Of a DNA stretch of 64,000 bases, positions 17,465-25,614 are shown piece after piece (the stretch's first letter is position 1; the number at the start of each line of letters is the position of its first letter). This DNA comes from Flavobacterium sp. (lineage in GTDB: Bacteria > Bacteroidota > Bacteroidia > Flavobacteriales > Flavobacteriaceae): positions 24,881 through 88,880 of the forward strand of contig NZ_JAPZSU010000014.1 in assembly GCF_027531905.1 (NCBI RefSeq), read 5' to 3'. A program made the translations under genes and the position numbers. The notes under the pieces were generated by a model. The model was not told the DNA's origin. It did not search any database and saw only the letters and a list, made by a program, of their open reading frames with translations.

Positions 17465-17620
17465 TTGAAAAAAACGCACTTGCCTTCCAAAATATGCGTG
17501 GTCTGTAATCGCCCTTTTGATTGGAGAAAAAAATGGGAAAAAGTTTGGGACGAAGTAAAATATTGTAGCGAAAAATGCAAAAGAAACAAAAAGGAATCGT
17601 TTGGTTCAAAAATGACCTAA
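17465..17620 (+). CDS. DUF2256 family small Cys protein, 51 aa, not in ORF track
   Basis: TTG start; MKKTHLPSKICVVCNRPFDWRKKWEKVWDEVKYCSEKC is the family hallmark; overlaps cry-DASH start by 46 nt. Confidence 0.88.
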   Translation: MKKTHLPSKICVVCNRPFDWRKKWEKVWDEVKYCSEKCKRNKKESFGSKMT

Positions 17621-18879
17621 GAATCGCGGATAATCCAGCGCTACAACAGGCTATTGCCGAAAATGAAAGCGTCGTTGGAGTCTATTGTTTTGACCCAAAA
17701 CAGTATGCAACCACGGCTTTTGGATTTAAAAAAACGGCACATTTTAGAGCACAGTTTACTATAGAATCGGTTCAAGAATTAAGGGCAAATTTGGCAAGCC
17801 TTGGCATTACGCTTTTGGTGTATCACGATTCGGTTGCGCATGTCATTCCGACTTTGATTGATTCTTCTATCCAAACTGCGATTTACTTTCAAAACGAATG
17901 GACGAGCGAGGAAAAAGTGGAAATCGATAGCCTGAAAAAAAATTGCGGTTCAACTGTAGAATTTGTCGCTACTTATCATCAATTTTTATACCCGCCAGAA
18001 GTCATTCCGTTTGCTATAGCCGAAATACCAGCGGTTTTTACACAATTCAGAAATGCTTGTGAAAAAAAAGCTGTAGTCCCAAAAATTGGCAAGCTAACAG
18101 TTCTACCCGAGTCCAATACAATTGACATACAAACCACAATTCCTACTTTGGAAGATTTAGGATTTACAACATTTGAAGAAGATCGAAGAACTGCTTTTCC
18201 TTTTCGTGGTGGCGAAAATCAAGCTTTAGCAAGAGTGCAAGAATACCTTTGGAACACCCGAAAAATAAGTCAGTACAAACAAACCCGAAATGGATTACTT
18301 GGAACGGATTACAGCTCAAAATTTTCGCCATGGTTGGCCAATGGATGCCTTTCGCCAAAAACCATTTATTGGGAAATTAAGCGCTACGAAAAAGAAGTAG
18401 AAGCTAACGAATCTACCTATTGGTTGATTTTTGAATTGCTTTGGAGGGATTATTTCAAATACATCTCGCTTCAAAACGGCAATGCAATTTTTAAAATTGG
18501 TGGCATTCAAAACCGAGATTATCAATGGTCTCAAGACAACAAAGCAATCCAACAATGGATTAATGGCACTACAGCAGAACCTTTTGTGAATGCCAACATG
18601 CTGGAACTGCAACAAACGGGTTGGATGAGCAACCGCGGACGACAAAATGTAGCTTCTTATTTTGCCAAAACCTTACTCCTAGATTGGAGAATTGGCGCAG
18701 CCTATTTTGAGTCGATGTTATTGGATTATGATGTGCACAGCAATTACGGCAATTGGATGTACGTCTCTGGAGTAGGAAACGATCCCCGCGATAGAAAATT
18801 CAATATCGCTTTGCAAGCCCAAAACTATGATCAACAGTCGAAATTTCAACAACGCTGGTTACAACAACAACTTTTCTAA
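17575..18879 (+). CDS. DASH-family cryptochrome
   Basis: VWFKNDLRIADN, YKQTRNGLLG.DYSSKFSPWLANGCLSP, LLWRDYF, GWMSNRGRQNVAS, DYDVHSNYGNW.Y.SGVGNDPR. Confidence 0.9.
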   Translation: MQKKQKGIVWFKNDLRIADNPALQQAIAENESVVGVYCFDPKQYATTAFGFKKTAHFRAQFTIESVQELRANLASLGITLLVYHDSVAHVIPTLIDSSIQTAIYFQNEWTSEEKVEIDSLKKNCGSTVEFVATYHQFLYPPEVIPFAIAEIPAVFTQFRNACEKKAVVPKIGKLTVLPESNTIDIQTTIPTLEDLGFTTFEEDRRTAFPFRGGENQALARVQEYLWNTRKISQYKQTRNGLLGTDYSSKFSPWLANGCLSPKTIYWEIKRYEKEVEANESTYWLIFELLWRDYFKYISLQNGNAIFKIGGIQNRDYQWSQDNKAIQQWINGTTAEPFVNANMLELQQTGWMSNRGRQNVASYFAKTLLLDWRIGAAYFESMLLDYDVHSNYGNWMYVSGVGNDPRDRKFNIALQAQNYDQQSKFQQRWLQQQLF

Positions 18880-18882
18880 AAG

Positions 18883-20367
18883 ATGAATACCTCTAAAAAA
18901 CATATCAATATTGTCTGGTTCAAAAGAGACCTTCGTTTGCATGACAATGAAGCCCTGTATGCGGCTTTACAACATGAAGAACCTACGCTTTTACTGTATG
19001 TTTTTGAAAAATCGTTGCAAACCGATCCGCACTACAGCGCAAGGCATTGGAATTTCATCAAACAATCTCTCGTAGCGCTCAACACACAATTACTGCCTTA
19101 CAATACAAAAGTTTTGGCTGTAGATGGCGAAGTTATAGGTACTATCAACACTATTTTGGATTTGTACAGCGTCAAAAAAGTATTTTCTCATCAAGAAACA
19201 GGCATCAGAATTACGTACGAAAGAGATAAATCCTTCAAAAGATTTTGCAAAAACAACCAAATTGATTGGGTCGAAAATAGCAACAATGGCATTTTTAGAG
19301 GGCTAAAAAACCGAAGCAATTGGGTGGTGCAATGGGAAAAATATATGAATGAACCGCAATTTGCATTCTTACCAAATGACAATAGCTTTTTAGAATTGCC
19401 CCAAATTGAACAGCTAGAACGCTTGTTAGAAAAGACAAATTTGGTCACCATTCCCGATGCTATTTTTCAAAAAGGAGGGACAGAAATGGGACAGAAATAT
19501 TTAGACTCCTTTTTTAAAAATCGTTATTTCAATTACAGCAATCATATTTCCAAACCTTTACTAGCGAGAAAAAGTTGCAGCAGAATTTCACCTTATATTG
19601 CTTGGGGAAATTTATCTACCCGAGAAGTATTGCAAAAAGCCGCTACATTCCGACAAATTTGTTCGAATAAAAAACAAATTGACAGCTTTGTATCGCGACT
19701 CACTTGGCAAGCCCATTTTATTCAAAAATTTGAAATGGAAGAAATCATGGAGTTTGAGAGCATCAACAAAGGATACCATGATTTACAGAAGAAAATTAAT
19801 TGGAACTATGTCGAAGCTTGGAAAAAAGGACAAACGGGTGTTCCGCTTGTGGATGCATCTATGCGCTGTTTGAACGAAACGGGCTACCTCAACTTTAGAA
19901 TGCGGGCCCTTTTGGTATCGTTTTTTACCCATAACCTTTGGCAACCGTGGCAAGAAGCTACACAACATTTGTCGCAAATGTTTTTGGATTTTGAGCCAGG
20001 CATTCACTACCCGCAATTGCAAATGCAAGCCGGCGAAACGGGTGTCAACTTATTGCGCATTTACAATCCGATTAAAAATAGTTTGGAACACGACCCACAA
20101 GGAGAATTTATCAAACAATGGGTACCTGAGTTACGAAATTTGCCATTGCCTTTCGTTCATCAACCTAGTAAAATGACTTTTTTGGACCAAAAATTCAACA
20201 ACTTCGAACTAGGAAAAGACTATCCAAAACCGATTGTTAATATAGACAGAACTAGAAAATTTGCTTCAGATTATTTATGGAAAATGAAGAAAAACCCATT
20301 GGTTAAAGAAGAAAGTAATCGGATTTTAAAATTACATACCCTAGCCGATATTGGCGATAGCGATTAA
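18883..20367 (+). CDS. Cryptochrome/photolyase family protein (divergent CPD-like, FAD-binding)
   Basis: [54 protein letters not shown]. Confidence 0.9.
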   Translation: MNTSKKHINIVWFKRDLRLHDNEALYAALQHEEPTLLLYVFEKSLQTDPHYSARHWNFIKQSLVALNTQLLPYNTKVLAVDGEVIGTINTILDLYSVKKVFSHQETGIRITYERDKSFKRFCKNNQIDWVENSNNGIFRGLKNRSNWVVQWEKYMNEPQFAFLPNDNSFLELPQIEQLERLLEKTNLVTIPDAIFQKGGTEMGQKYLDSFFKNRYFNYSNHISKPLLARKSCSRISPYIAWGNLSTREVLQKAATFRQICSNKKQIDSFVSRLTWQAHFIQKFEMEEIMEFESINKGYHDLQKKINWNYVEAWKKGQTGVPLVDASMRCLNETGYLNFRMRALLVSFFTHNLWQPWQEATQHLSQMFLDFEPGIHYPQLQMQAGETGVNLLRIYNPIKNSLEHDPQGEFIKQWVPELRNLPLPFVHQPSKMTFLDQKFNNFELGKDYPKPIVNIDRTRKFASDYLWKMKKNPLVKEESNRILKLHTLADIGDSD

Positions 20368-20615
20368 AAATACTATTCATAAAATAAACAAACATTTAAT
20401 ACTAAACATATAAGCCAACTAAGTTTTTTAAAAAAGCCAATTCATCCAATTAGTCAAAAGTAAAAATGAGACACTAGTAGTTTCAACTACTTATTTGAAC
20501 TATAAATTTCACTTTAGTAATTCAAAGTAAAACTTATTTGACTTATATTTTTAAATATTTTTTTTGATAAAAGGGATTCAGATATAACCAAAAAAAATCA
20601 TAAAATGCTTTAGCT

Positions 20616-20900
20616 ATGCCTAACAAAACAGCCCTTACCGAATTAGAAATCGACCGAATTATAGAAATGGCTTGGGAAGACCGAACCACTTTCGAAGCCA
20701 TTCAATTGCAATTTGGATTAAAAGAACAAGAAGTCATCGACTTGATGCGTGCCGAAATGAAGCCTTCGAGTTTCAGACTTTGGCGCGCGCGAGTACAAGG
20801 TCGAAAAACCAAACACGAGAAACTTCGAAATTTTACCGAAGGAAGATTCAAATGTACTTTACAGCAACAAATCACGCATAACAAAATATCAAAACGATAA
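20616..20900 (+). CDS. TIGR03643 family protein
   Basis: DRIIEMAWEDRTTFEAI..QFGL.E.EVI..MR..MKPSSFRLWRARV.GRKTKH. Confidence 0.9.
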   Translation: MPNKTALTELEIDRIIEMAWEDRTTFEAIQLQFGLKEQEVIDLMRAEMKPSSFRLWRARVQGRKTKHEKLRNFTEGRFKCTLQQQITHNKISKR

Positions 20901-20918
20901 ACCAAACTCAAAACGTAT

Positions 20919-21602
20919 ATGAAAAACATCGTAATTATTGGCGGTAGCAAAGGAATTGGTAGCGCGATACTAATGCAACAATTGCAATCGAATCAAGTAA
21001 TCAACATCAGTAGAACAGCGCCAGATGTATCGCATCCCAATTTAACGCACTATGCCGTTGATGTTTTACAAGACCCACTTCCAGACATTGAAGACGTTGA
21101 TACTTTGATTTATTGTCCTGGTTCGATTAACTTAAAACCAATCGGAAACCTCAGCATATCCGATTTTAAAAACGATTTTGAAATCAATGTTATTGGGGCT
21201 GTAAAAGCCATACAAAAATATTTGCCGGCCTTACGAAAAGGTAAACAACCCTCAATTCTATTATTTAGCACTGTTGCTGCAAAATTAGGAATGCCTTTTC
21301 ACGCTAGTATTGCAACTGCCAAAGCAGGTGTAGAAGGATTAGTAAAATCATTAGGAGCGGAACTGGCTTCAGTTGTACGCGTAAACGCCATTGCGCCCAC
21401 AATTACCGAAACTTCATTAGCAGCGGGTATTTTAAGAAATGACAGAATGAAAGAAAACATGATTGAACGCCATCCGATGAAAGGGTATCTAAAACCAGAT
21501 GAAGTAGCACAGATGGCAAATTTTCTAATTTCAGAAGAAGCCAAATCCATTTCGGGACAAGTTTTTGCCATGGATTATGGTATGGTTAGTTTTAAAATAT
21601 AA
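20919..21602 (+). CDS. Short-chain dehydrogenase/reductase
   Basis: IGGSKGIG, FSTVA, atypical HASIATAK active-site segment, VNAIAPT. Confidence 0.9.
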   Translation: MKNIVIIGGSKGIGSAILMQQLQSNQVINISRTAPDVSHPNLTHYAVDVLQDPLPDIEDVDTLIYCPGSINLKPIGNLSISDFKNDFEINVIGAVKAIQKYLPALRKGKQPSILLFSTVAAKLGMPFHASIATAKAGVEGLVKSLGAELASVVRVNAIAPTITETSLAAGILRNDRMKENMIERHPMKGYLKPDEVAQMANFLISEEAKSISGQVFAMDYGMVSFKI

Positions 21603-21813
21603 AATCATTTGATTGAAATTAAAGTAATACAAAAAAATCAGTCCAATAGAAGTCTAGATTACCAACAGTAATTGACCAGAAAAAATATAAGAATTAGTAA
21701 TCAAAAAAACATGATTCAGACAATTTTATCGATAATTTCAGCAATTCTATCGGTTATTTCTAAGATTATACAATTTTTTTAACTATATTGTTATCAATCA
21801 ATTAACAAACCAA

Positions 21814-23235
21814 ATGAATATTCTTTTAACAGGAGCCACAGGATATATTGGAAAGCGACTATTGCCTTTGCTAGTGGCTCAAGGACATCATGTGATTTGC
21901 TGTGTAAGAGATAAAGATCGTTTTTATTTACCCGAAAATTTAATTGATAAAGTACAAGTTATAGAAGTCGATTTTTTGAATCAAGAAAGTTTAAGTGCTA
22001 TTCCCAACGAAATTGATGCCGCTTATTATTTGATTCATTCCATGTCAGGTTCGGCTAAGAACTATGATGAGCTGGAGTATGCCTCGGCTATGAATTTTGT
22101 AGACCGAATGAACCTTACCCAAGTCAAACAAGTCATTTACTTGAGTGGCATTGTCAATGATACTATTTTGTCTAAGCATTTAGCTTCTCGCAAAGCCGTA
22201 GAGGATGTCCTGAAAACGGGTCTTTTTGCCATAACTACCTTAAGAGCAGGTATTATTGTAGGCTCAGGCAGTGCTTCTTTTGAAATCATCCGTGATTTGG
22301 TCAACAAACTTCCAGTAATGATTACTCCAAAATGGCTCAATACCAAATGCCAACCGATAGCTATTTCGGATGTGTTGGATTTTTTGATGGGAAGTTTACA
22401 TCAACCTGAAACTTACGATCAAAACTTTGACATAGGTGGTCCTGATATTTTAACTTACAAAGAAATGCTCTTGGGGTTTGCACAAGCCGCAGGATTGAAA
22501 CGCTACATCTATACAGTTCCGGTAATGACACCCAAATTGTCATCGTATTGGTTGTATTTTGTTACTTCAACAACTTACAAACTCGCTGCTGCTTTGGTAA
22601 GCAGTATGAAAGTAGAAGTAGTTTGCAAAGACAACCGAATTAACGCATTACTAGGAGTTGTGCCTATGACCTACAACGAAGCGGTTGCAAGAGCGCTTGT
22701 CAAAATAGACAAAGACGACATTGTGTCAAGTTGGAAAGACGCTATGATTAGCGGTCAATTCACTGGGAGTGTTGCCGATTATCTCAAAGTACCTAAAAAG
22801 AATTGCTTCATCGATCGTCGCAAAAAAGAAATCCTCAACCGCTCCTATACCACAGAACGCATTTGGTCTATTGGCGGTGAAACAGGTTGGTATTATGGCG
22901 ACTGGCTTTGGGAAATACGCGGTTTTCTTGACAAATTAGTTGGAGGTGTGGGGCTTCGCAGAGGACGTACTAACAAGCACGACATTCATTCAGGCGATGT
23001 TTTGGATTTTTGGCGGGTATTGTATGCCAACAAAAAAGAAGGCAAGCTCGTTTTGTATGCCGAAATGAAACTCCCTGGAGAAGCTTGGCTAGAATTCAAA
23101 ATCATACATAATACGTTATACCAAGCCGCCACTTTCAAACCGCATGGTTTTTGGGGCAAATTGTATTGGTACTCCGTTCTGCCCTTTCATGGCTTTATCT
23201 TTGAGGGCATGATTAATAAATTGATTAAAAAATAG
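21814..23235 (+). CDS. Atypical SDR with C-terminal DUF2867 (YbjT-like)
   Basis: TGATGYIG, AYYLIHSM, LRAGIIVGSGSASFE, GDVLDFWRV, AEMKLPGEAWLEF. Confidence 0.9.
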   Translation: MNILLTGATGYIGKRLLPLLVAQGHHVICCVRDKDRFYLPENLIDKVQVIEVDFLNQESLSAIPNEIDAAYYLIHSMSGSAKNYDELEYASAMNFVDRMNLTQVKQVIYLSGIVNDTILSKHLASRKAVEDVLKTGLFAITTLRAGIIVGSGSASFEIIRDLVNKLPVMITPKWLNTKCQPIAISDVLDFLMGSLHQPETYDQNFDIGGPDILTYKEMLLGFAQAAGLKRYIYTVPVMTPKLSSYWLYFVTSTTYKLAAALVSSMKVEVVCKDNRINALLGVVPMTYNEAVARALVKIDKDDIVSSWKDAMISGQFTGSVADYLKVPKKNCFIDRRKKEILNRSYTTERIWSIGGETGWYYGDWLWEIRGFLDKLVGGVGLRRGRTNKHDIHSGDVLDFWRVLYANKKEGKLVLYAEMKLPGEAWLEFKIIHNTLYQAATFKPHGFWGKLYWYSVLPFHGFIFEGMINKLIKK

Positions 23236-23272
23236 ATTTAATTCTTGAAAGAAATTTCAAATTCCAAAATTT

Positions 23273-23319
23273 AAATTCCAAATTCCAAGGCTTGTGCAAA
23301 ACCTTAGGATTTGGAATTT
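23273..23319. repeat. ATTCCAA-type hairpin element, copy 1 (terminator-like)
   Basis: AAATTCCAAATTCCAAGG / CCTTAGGATTTGGAATTT arms; homologous to 25547-25591. Confidence 0.75.
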
Positions 23320-23447
23320 ATTTTTTTTGGAATTTAGCTCAGCTATGAAAAAACATCTCAAAATCATTTACGTAAAGCTTTTGCAAAAAAAAGAATATAT
23401 TTGGTTAGGATTAAAGAAAAGGATTTAATTAGCTGAAAAGAAAAAGT

Positions 23448-23740
23448 ATGGCGAAAGACAATTGAAAAATCAACACTAATAGCGAATTAATACTACGTTC
23501 TTCTTCAGTAGGATATTTGACATTTATGCAGATGAAACTATTTGGCTGACACAAAAAATGATGGGAACACTTTATAATGTAAATGTAAGAACCATTAGCG
23601 ACCATCTTCAAAAAGTATTTGTAGACAACGAATTAGAAAAAGATTCAGTTATCCGAAAATTTCGGATAACTGTCACTGACAACAAAAAATACAATACTAA
23701 GCACTACAATCACAAGTATAAAACGAAACCTAAAATATGA
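23448..23740 (+). pseudogene. Degenerate 5' fragment of a RhuM-family (virulence/defence-island) gene
   Basis: ELILRSSSVGYLTF in one frame, then YADETIWLTQKMMGTLYNVNVRTISDHLQKVF..ELEKDSVIRKFRIT...NTKHYN in another; TGA at codon 6, frameshift near 23525, truncated. Confidence 0.8.
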
Positions 23741-24657
23741 CATTTAGATACGCAAGACATACAACTGACTTAAAACAGATTCAAAAATTTTACACAGAAA
23801 TCGTTGGGCTTGAAAAATTAGGTGGCTTTGAAAATCACAACAATTATGATGGACTTTTTTTGGGACACAAGAATGCTAATTGGCATTTAGAATTCACGAC
23901 TTCCATAGAAAAACCAGAAAGTAAGTTTGACGAAGACGATATTCTTGTATTTTATGTAAACTCCGAAATTGAATTTAAGAAAATAAAAAAAACACTACAG
24001 CAAAAAAATATAAATCTTGAAATTCCTAAAAATCCATATTGGGTAGAAAACGGAATTATGATTTCAGACCCTGACAATTTTAAAGTAATTTTTTCGGTAA
24101 GACATCAAAACTTCAATTCTACTGATAATTTAACGACATTTGTCAAAGACAATGGAATTGAAAATTGGAGCGAATTAATTGAATTTATACAAAAGTTACC
24201 CTATGGAAGAAATCAAAATCGTGAAGATTTTTCACTTGTTATAAAAGAAAAAAAAGGCACGTGTAGTTCTAAACATTCATTTTTAAAAAAAGTTGCTGAG
24301 CTAAATAATTTTGACAATGTAAAACTAATTTTAGGAATGTATCGAATGAACAATTTGAACACACCAAAAATTGGAGAGACCCTTTTAGAAAGTGGTTTAG
24401 AATATATTCCAGAAGCACATTGTTATTTAAAATTGAATAACCAACGTATTGACATAACAAATTGCAACTCTGACATTGAAAATTTAATTGGTGACATCAT
24501 TGAAGAAATTGAAATTGAGCCTGAACAAGTGAATACGTTTAAAGTAGATTATCACAAAAAATACATACAAAATTGGGTTATTGAAAACGAAGTTAGAATG
24601 GACTTTGAAAAAATCTGGGAAATTAGAGAGCAATGTATAAAGAAACTCGAACTATAA
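23737..24657 (+). CDS. VOC/glyoxalase (YycE-like) domain fused to a transglutaminase-like Cys-His-Asp domain
   Basis: N-terminal RYARHT.DL, FENHNNYDGLFLG, WHLEFT, DPDNFKV; C-terminal LPYGRN, GTCSSKH, IPEAHCYL, RIDIT. Confidence 0.75.
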   Translation: MTFRYARHTTDLKQIQKFYTEIVGLEKLGGFENHNNYDGLFLGHKNANWHLEFTTSIEKPESKFDEDDILVFYVNSEIEFKKIKKTLQQKNINLEIPKNPYWVENGIMISDPDNFKVIFSVRHQNFNSTDNLTTFVKDNGIENWSELIEFIQKLPYGRNQNREDFSLVIKEKKGTCSSKHSFLKKVAELNNFDNVKLILGMYRMNNLNTPKIGETLLESGLEYIPEAHCYLKLNNQRIDITNCNSDIENLIGDIIEEIEIEPEQVNTFKVDYHKKYIQNWVIENEVRMDFEKIWEIREQCIKKLEL

Positions 24658-24864
24658 TACCACAGCACCCAACACACTATACTATCACTGTTAGCTAAAA
24701 AGTAAATTCTGAGCGAGCTGTTCAATTCAGAAAAAGGTACATCCAAATAGTGAAAGAGTTTATGAAGACTTAGTAAAATTATCCATTTTATTTGTTGTTT
24801 CGTTTAGAAAAAAATAATCCGCTAAAAAACACCAAACTCAAACAAGCAATTAGAATTAATTAGA

Positions 24865-25236
24865 TTGAACAAAAACATAAAATATCTTCTTTCTCTCATT
24901 CTAGTTTTTGGACTAGTTGTTAATGATTGTACTTTACATTCTCAAACAAATTCAGCAGCTTATTATCAATTCTCGAACGTAATTCTCAAAACAGAATTAA
25001 ACACGAAAGATTCCGGATTATACTTCTTCAAGCAAGTAAATTCATCTAAGATTACCTCCTTTCCAATTCTATTTTTATGTCTAGACATCAAAGATTTTAT
25101 TAATCTTCAAGTCAAGGTTCTTTTAAAAATTCAAACACTACTTTATCAAGAAGTAAGTGCTATGATGTCCCAAAACATCTTTATAAATGAATTGATTACT
25201 TCAAAAAACGCATACAAAAGTTTATACATAGCATAA
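24865..25236 (+). CDS. Hypothetical protein with N-terminal signal/TM
   Basis: 123-aa ORF with TTG start and hydrophobic N-terminus. Confidence 0.5.
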   Translation: MNKNIKYLLSLILVFGLVVNDCTLHSQTNSAAYYQFSNVILKTELNTKDSGLYFFKQVNSSKITSFPILFLCLDIKDFINLQVKVLLKIQTLLYQEVSAMMSQNIFINELITSKNAYKSLYIA

Positions 25237-25309
25237 ATTAATTTTTAAGCATTTATGCCAATCAGCGCATAAGAATATAAAAAATGTATAATCTTTTATC
25301 ATTTACTAA

Positions 25310-25492
25310 ATGTATAAACATAATAACAAAACACGTTTAGAGAAATCTAAACGACCTCTTCTTTGGATAAAAAGAAAAATTATTCTAATTATTACAGCAT
25401 TTATGGTCGGAATGTCAAACGGACTAAACGAGGGAGACACAATGCTTAATGGAAATCAAAATCATACCGAACAACAACATAAAAAAGATTAA
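25310..25492 (+). CDS. Small hypothetical single-TM protein (60 aa)
   Basis: Basic N-terminus, KIILIITAFMVGMSN helix, polar tail; good A-rich start context. Confidence 0.55.
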   Translation: MYKHNNKTRLEKSKRPLLWIKRKIILIITAFMVGMSNGLNEGDTMLNGNQNHTEQQHKKD

Positions 25493-25546
25493 TTTTTAAT
25501 TTGACAAATCCCCATCCCGAAGTTTCGAGATAAATCCCAAGATTTT

Positions 25547-25591
25547 AATTCCAAATTCCAAGGCTCCTGCGGCCACTTGGAATTTGGAATT
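25547..25591. repeat. ATTCCAA-type hairpin element, copy 2 (bidirectional terminator position)
   Basis: Perfect 16-bp inverted repeat AATTCCAAATTCCAAG / CTTGGAATTTGGAATT with a 13-nt loop, between convergent genes. Confidence 0.8.
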
Positions 25592-25614
25592 TGTTTTTTT
25601 TAAAGCTTACTTCC

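Noticed and set aside
20385-20409. TAAACAA/TAAACAT motifs upstream of TIGR03643 as a third CarH site
   Set aside because: No TTGTTYA partner arm at the N18 spacing.
21721-21760. Imperfect 21-bp-period direct repeat (CAATTTTATCGATAATTTC / CAATTCTATCGGTTATTTC) upstream of the DUF2867 gene
   Set aside because: Only two degenerate AT-rich copies, no clear promoter geometry and no second site; cannot be distinguished from chance.
23429-23611. 60-aa minus-strand ORF
   Set aside because: Antisense to the RhuM remnant, whose conserved motifs are on the plus strand.
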